From the NCBI RefSeq assembly GCF_006345805.1, contig NC_043003.1, positions 105,276,001 to 105,340,000 of the forward strand: a DNA stretch of 64,000 nt, given 5' to 3'. This DNA comes from Octopus sinensis. Lineage: Eukaryota. A program made the position numbers and the translations under genes. Of this stretch, positions 60,276 to 64,000 are shown in pieces. Each line of letters begins with the position of its first letter. Position 1 is the stretch's first letter. The notes below the pieces were generated by a model, which worked only from the letters and a program-made list of their open reading frames with translations, was not told the DNA's origin and searched no databases.

Positions 60276-60846
60276 ATATTTGGATCTTTACCTTTTGACT
60301 GACAGATTTTTAAAATAATTTTTTGTGACTAAACACTTTCAAACTTCGGACACTGGTAGAATGTGTCATATAAAACATCTTTTACTCTTAGCGTTTTTGA
60401 GAAAAGCTTATATTTTTCTCAAAAACGCTAAGAGTAAAAGATGTTTTGGATCTTTTCAGTTTGAACAGCAGTTTTTAACATAATTTGTAGGTAACTAAAA
60501 AATTTTAACTTCGTATACTGTTTATAAAACATCTTTTTCTCTTGGCTTTATTCAGAAAATTCTATAGTTTGTAAGATATTTGTTGTTTTTTTTTCTTCAA
60601 TTTCTGCAATTTCAACTAATCACAGACGTCTATTGAGGTAAAAAGCATTATGTGCCGTATGAATATGTCACTCGTTTAAGAAACAGATTGGGTTTATTTA
60701 CATTTCTGAAGAAAAAAGATACCCTTTCCCCCACCCCTAAAACAGATTGAAATGCAATAGATCGATACTAGGGTCATAATTATGGGTGACAATTTCGTAT
60801 GACACCGCTAGAAAAAACTGCCGTTCAAACCGAAAAGATCCAAATT
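60276..60846. mobile_element. MITE-like element with an internal 34-bp-arm palindrome (60372-60405 / 60414-60447)
   Basis: tttggatcttttcagtttgaacagcagttttt (~60445) is mirrored by aaaaactgccgttcaaaccgaaaagatccaaat (~60812-60845); a similar start occurs at ~60278. Confidence 0.55.
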
Positions 60847-61285
60847 TAATAAGTGGGCAGGGTTGGAATAAAAATGGGGGGATCTTAAAAATTAATAAGC
60901 CGGGGGGGGGGGTATTCAAGACCACAGAGCATGCATACATGATAAGCAGGGGAAATAACTCTTGATGTAATTTTTATTGAAATACGAATTCGTCTGTGAA
61001 TATATTTACTGAATTTTATCCTTGAGTGCGCATGCCTTTTTTTTTTTACCTTTATCTTAATAAATCTCTTTAAAGTTTTCCTGGAAGTCTTATTAAGTGT
61101 TTCTTTTGAGTTTCTAAGATCCATAAGATGGAAATTAACGCAATCAACGTAGTCCTTTCGTTTAAAAGATTTATTTGTAAATTGGAAGAATGTAACATGT
61201 CGTTTCACTGTGGTCTTTCAGTTTTGTACCTCGAGTTGTTGATTAGTAGGTTCACATGCCGTTACCGTCATAAAAAATGTGACAG

Positions 61286-61355
61286 TAAAGCACTAAAAAC
61301 ATGAAAGTAAATTAAAGCACTAAAAATATGAAAGTAAACCGGAAGTGACGCCATT
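61286..61355. promoter_or_regulatory. Candidate core-promoter motif cluster
   Basis: CCGGAAGTGACG (ETS plus CRE half-site) at 61339-50, immediately after a 27-bp-period direct repeat, in CpG-retaining unique sequence. Confidence 0.3.
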
Positions 61356-61563
61356 AGCTGAATTATAATTGATAGTCAAACGGTTCTTCTCAAATAAGTA
61401 AATGAGTTGTATGATCCGAAGAACAACTCCGCTTTTTTCTCTACAATTTATTGATCGTGCAGGATTGTTGCATTGTTTACATGGAGCCTTGGTAGTTATC
61501 ATGCGTTGTCATGTAAACCACCGCCTTGCCTTCACAACAGTGTTCGTTGCTAGGTATTGTACG

Positions 61564-62152
61564 CAAACCTGGGCACCAAACCGTTAATTAATAAAGTTAG
61601 CATTTTCGTTAACGATTTACCTTTTAAGTTAACTTTGGAAATCATTATCGGACTAATTAACTTCCGTTAACTAAAGTCAACTTGAATTAATTACCTATTT
61701 CTTTACTACTCACAAGGGGCTAAACACAGAGAGGACAAACAGACATAGGTATTAAGTCCATTACATCGACCCCAGTGCGTAACTGGTACTTAATTTACCG
61801 ACCCCGAAAGGATGAAAGGTAAAGTCGACCTCGACGGAATTTGAACTCACAACGTCACGGCAGACGAAATACCGCTAAGCATTTCGCCCGACGTCTAACT
61901 TTTCTGCCAGCTCGCCGCCTTAATTAATTACCGTGAACTTCAATTCAGTTGAAGCTAACGGATTTTATACTTTTGGCACTTTTTAAAGGTGTGTTTAGGT
62001 GGATTTAGAGCAAAAACTGGGGGGCTTTCTATAATAAAATTAACGTTACATTAGTTAATAATTAACTGGTTAACGGTTATCGAAGTTAACATTTTGGCTA
62101 GCGGATTAACGGTTAACGAAATTAAATTTTCGGTTAACGGTGCCCACCTTTG
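61564..62152. mobile_element. Same hAT-type MITE family, 8-bp TSD attgtacg, with a nested SINE (61696-61921, 11-bp TSD aattaattacc)
   Basis: TSD at 61556-63 and 62153-60; internal sequence is collinear with 18466-18767. Confidence 0.88.
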
Positions 62153-64000
62153 ATTGTACGTTGGAACAGTGTAATCCAGCTGCTATTTCTGAAATTCTTA
62201 ACAAATCACTGGAATATGCTCATTATGTGGCATAATGAGGGAGTTCTTGTACTTTTCATGAAATTTTGGCATGTTAACAATTCAGTGCAAATTTGACAAC
62301 TTTGCTATAGTAAATTAACTAAAACGTACTACAGAGATATAAAAACAATTGTAATAATAATAATAAATAACCTATTTGAAGCGTTTGCGTATTCATTTCG
62401 ATCATTCAGGATAGCCAAGCCATTTTTGGATATTCTCTATTGTTGTTGGTAACGTTTTAACGTCGCTTTAGTTTTCAAAAATTTTCCTTTTCTTCTATGA
62501 TTGTTTTTGGCTTGAACTTCCTGTGGACAAACTAGGTGATAACTAGCGAATATGGTCTGGAATGTATATTTAAAATTTCTACAGATGCGGATATGAAAAT
62601 TAAAAAAAATTTTTTTTAAACCCTAACTAAAAGGAGATAATTTACCGTTTTCATATTCAGAAACTTGGTTTGTTCGTTTGTTTTTTCTTATTAATTTCAC
62701 AACTTTCCAAATGAATAATATCAACATATTTCAAGCGTGTCATTAGAAATTATCTATCAATTAACTTTGTCCTGTAATATGCAAAAGTGAAAATGGTACG
62801 CTATACTTCAAGATCGCTGGTGTTCATTTTACGATTACAACAAGTAAAATCACACGAACGACGTCTTTTCCATACTTTATTGTCTAGAAAACATGATAAA
62901 TATAATGTGATTACCGTAATTAATCCAGAATCTAATTTTATTATTATATTCAATATTTACATTATATTATTGAGCAGCTAAGAAAAAAATTGAAACTTTT
63001 GCAAAAATATGAAAAACGAAGCAAAAAAAATAAAAAACAAAATGCGAACGTGAGAAATAATTTACATTGTAGACTACTCTTTCCTAACTTTCACATTTTA
63101 GGAATCTCTGGAATACATTACGCCCCAAGATAATTGCTATTTATATCTTCATTAATCTTTCTTTCTCTTTCTTGAAGTTTAATTTCATTAGAAATCAACA
63201 AATATAGGCGCAGGAGTGGCTGTGTGGTAAGTAGCTTGTTTGTCAACCACATGGTTCCGGGTTCAGTCCCACTGCATGGCACCTTGGGCAAGTGTCTTCT
63301 TCTATAACCTCGGGCCGACCGAAGCCTTGTGAATGGATTTGGTAGACGGAAACTGAAAGAAGCCCGTCGTATGTATGTATATATGTGTGTGTGTGTGCGT
63401 GTATTTTTGTTGTGAAAGGTGAATATTTTCTGATGATATTTCAGGGGTAGAGATTACGAATGTGCTAATAAAATTAAATAAGATTTTAAAATTTGGGAGG
63501 AGTTTCGAATCATTCATCCTTCACACTCACAGGGTGCTCATGGAATTAACGTGCAAGTGGCTGAGCACTCCACAGATACGCACACACTGAACGCAGTTCT
63601 CAGGAAGATTCAACGCGACACAGAATGTGTCAAGGCTGGCCCTTTCAACTCATTTTTGCCAGCTGAATAGACTAGAAGTCAAAGATACAACGCGCTGTCA
63701 GGAATCGAACGTACGACCTTTACAACTGTGAGCCGAGCACCCTAACCACTAAGCCATGCAGAAACCTCAACATTACGTAATCTAGATTTTCGAAAACCTC
63801 TTTCCGTAAAATATTTTTAAATTTGCGTTTTTAAGAGATTCCTGAAGAACAAAGTCGGGAAAGTTGGGGGGGGGGAGATTGGTCAGAAACTCATTCAAAA
63901 AATTTACACAAGTTTTTTTTTCTTTTCAAAGTTAGCAACATAATCTACCAACCCGAAAACAGGCATTCCTATAGAACAAAGTCGGAAATAATTTTAGTAA

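Noticed and set aside
60885-61208. 107-aa minus-strand ORF (MKRHVTFF...)
   Set aside because: Lys/Phe-rich, AT-driven composition, TTG start, no known motif.
61402-62255. ORF that extends to about 78 aa if the hAT MITE is removed
   Set aside because: No recognisable homology, no clear splice signals, and length within chance expectation.
63423-63475. CTGATGA ... GAATGTGCTA, possible decayed hammerhead
   Set aside because: Second core half is mutated and stem I is poor; at most a remnant.

Overview
AT-rich, repeat-dense eukaryotic DNA. The SINE/LINE repertoire and microsatellite load look like an Octopus (coleoid cephalopod) genome; this is recognition, not a search result. Two convergent protein-coding genes can be built with GT-AG splice sites and consistent phases. 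(1) The last four exons of a RASSF2/4-type gene (RA-domain end plus SARAH domain) on + (505-7911). (2) A complete five-coding-exon inositol polyphosphate multikinase (IPMK, 321 aa) on - (28560 to 13677), including two exons absent from the ORF track. The rest is mostly mobile DNA: a near-full RTE-clade LINE with an embedded PHD-type finger (44.7-48.2 kb) and about 20 truncated copies of its 3' tail, a degenerate Penelope-like element (49-51 kb) and its terminal-repeat fragments, Helitron coding fragments and tandem Helitron ends, hAT and piggyBac-like MITEs, at least four tRNA-derived SINE families, long (TA)n tracts and a 1.16-kb near-identical inverted duplication. The most striking signal is a set of hammerhead ribozyme motifs: five with convincing stems, one atypical, and several degenerate. 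They sit in different repeat contexts, and include one with apparent type II topology, one in a TTAA-ended mini-element on the sense strand of a RASSF intron, and one in a tRNA-headed SINE. All folds were assigned by eye; none was computed.
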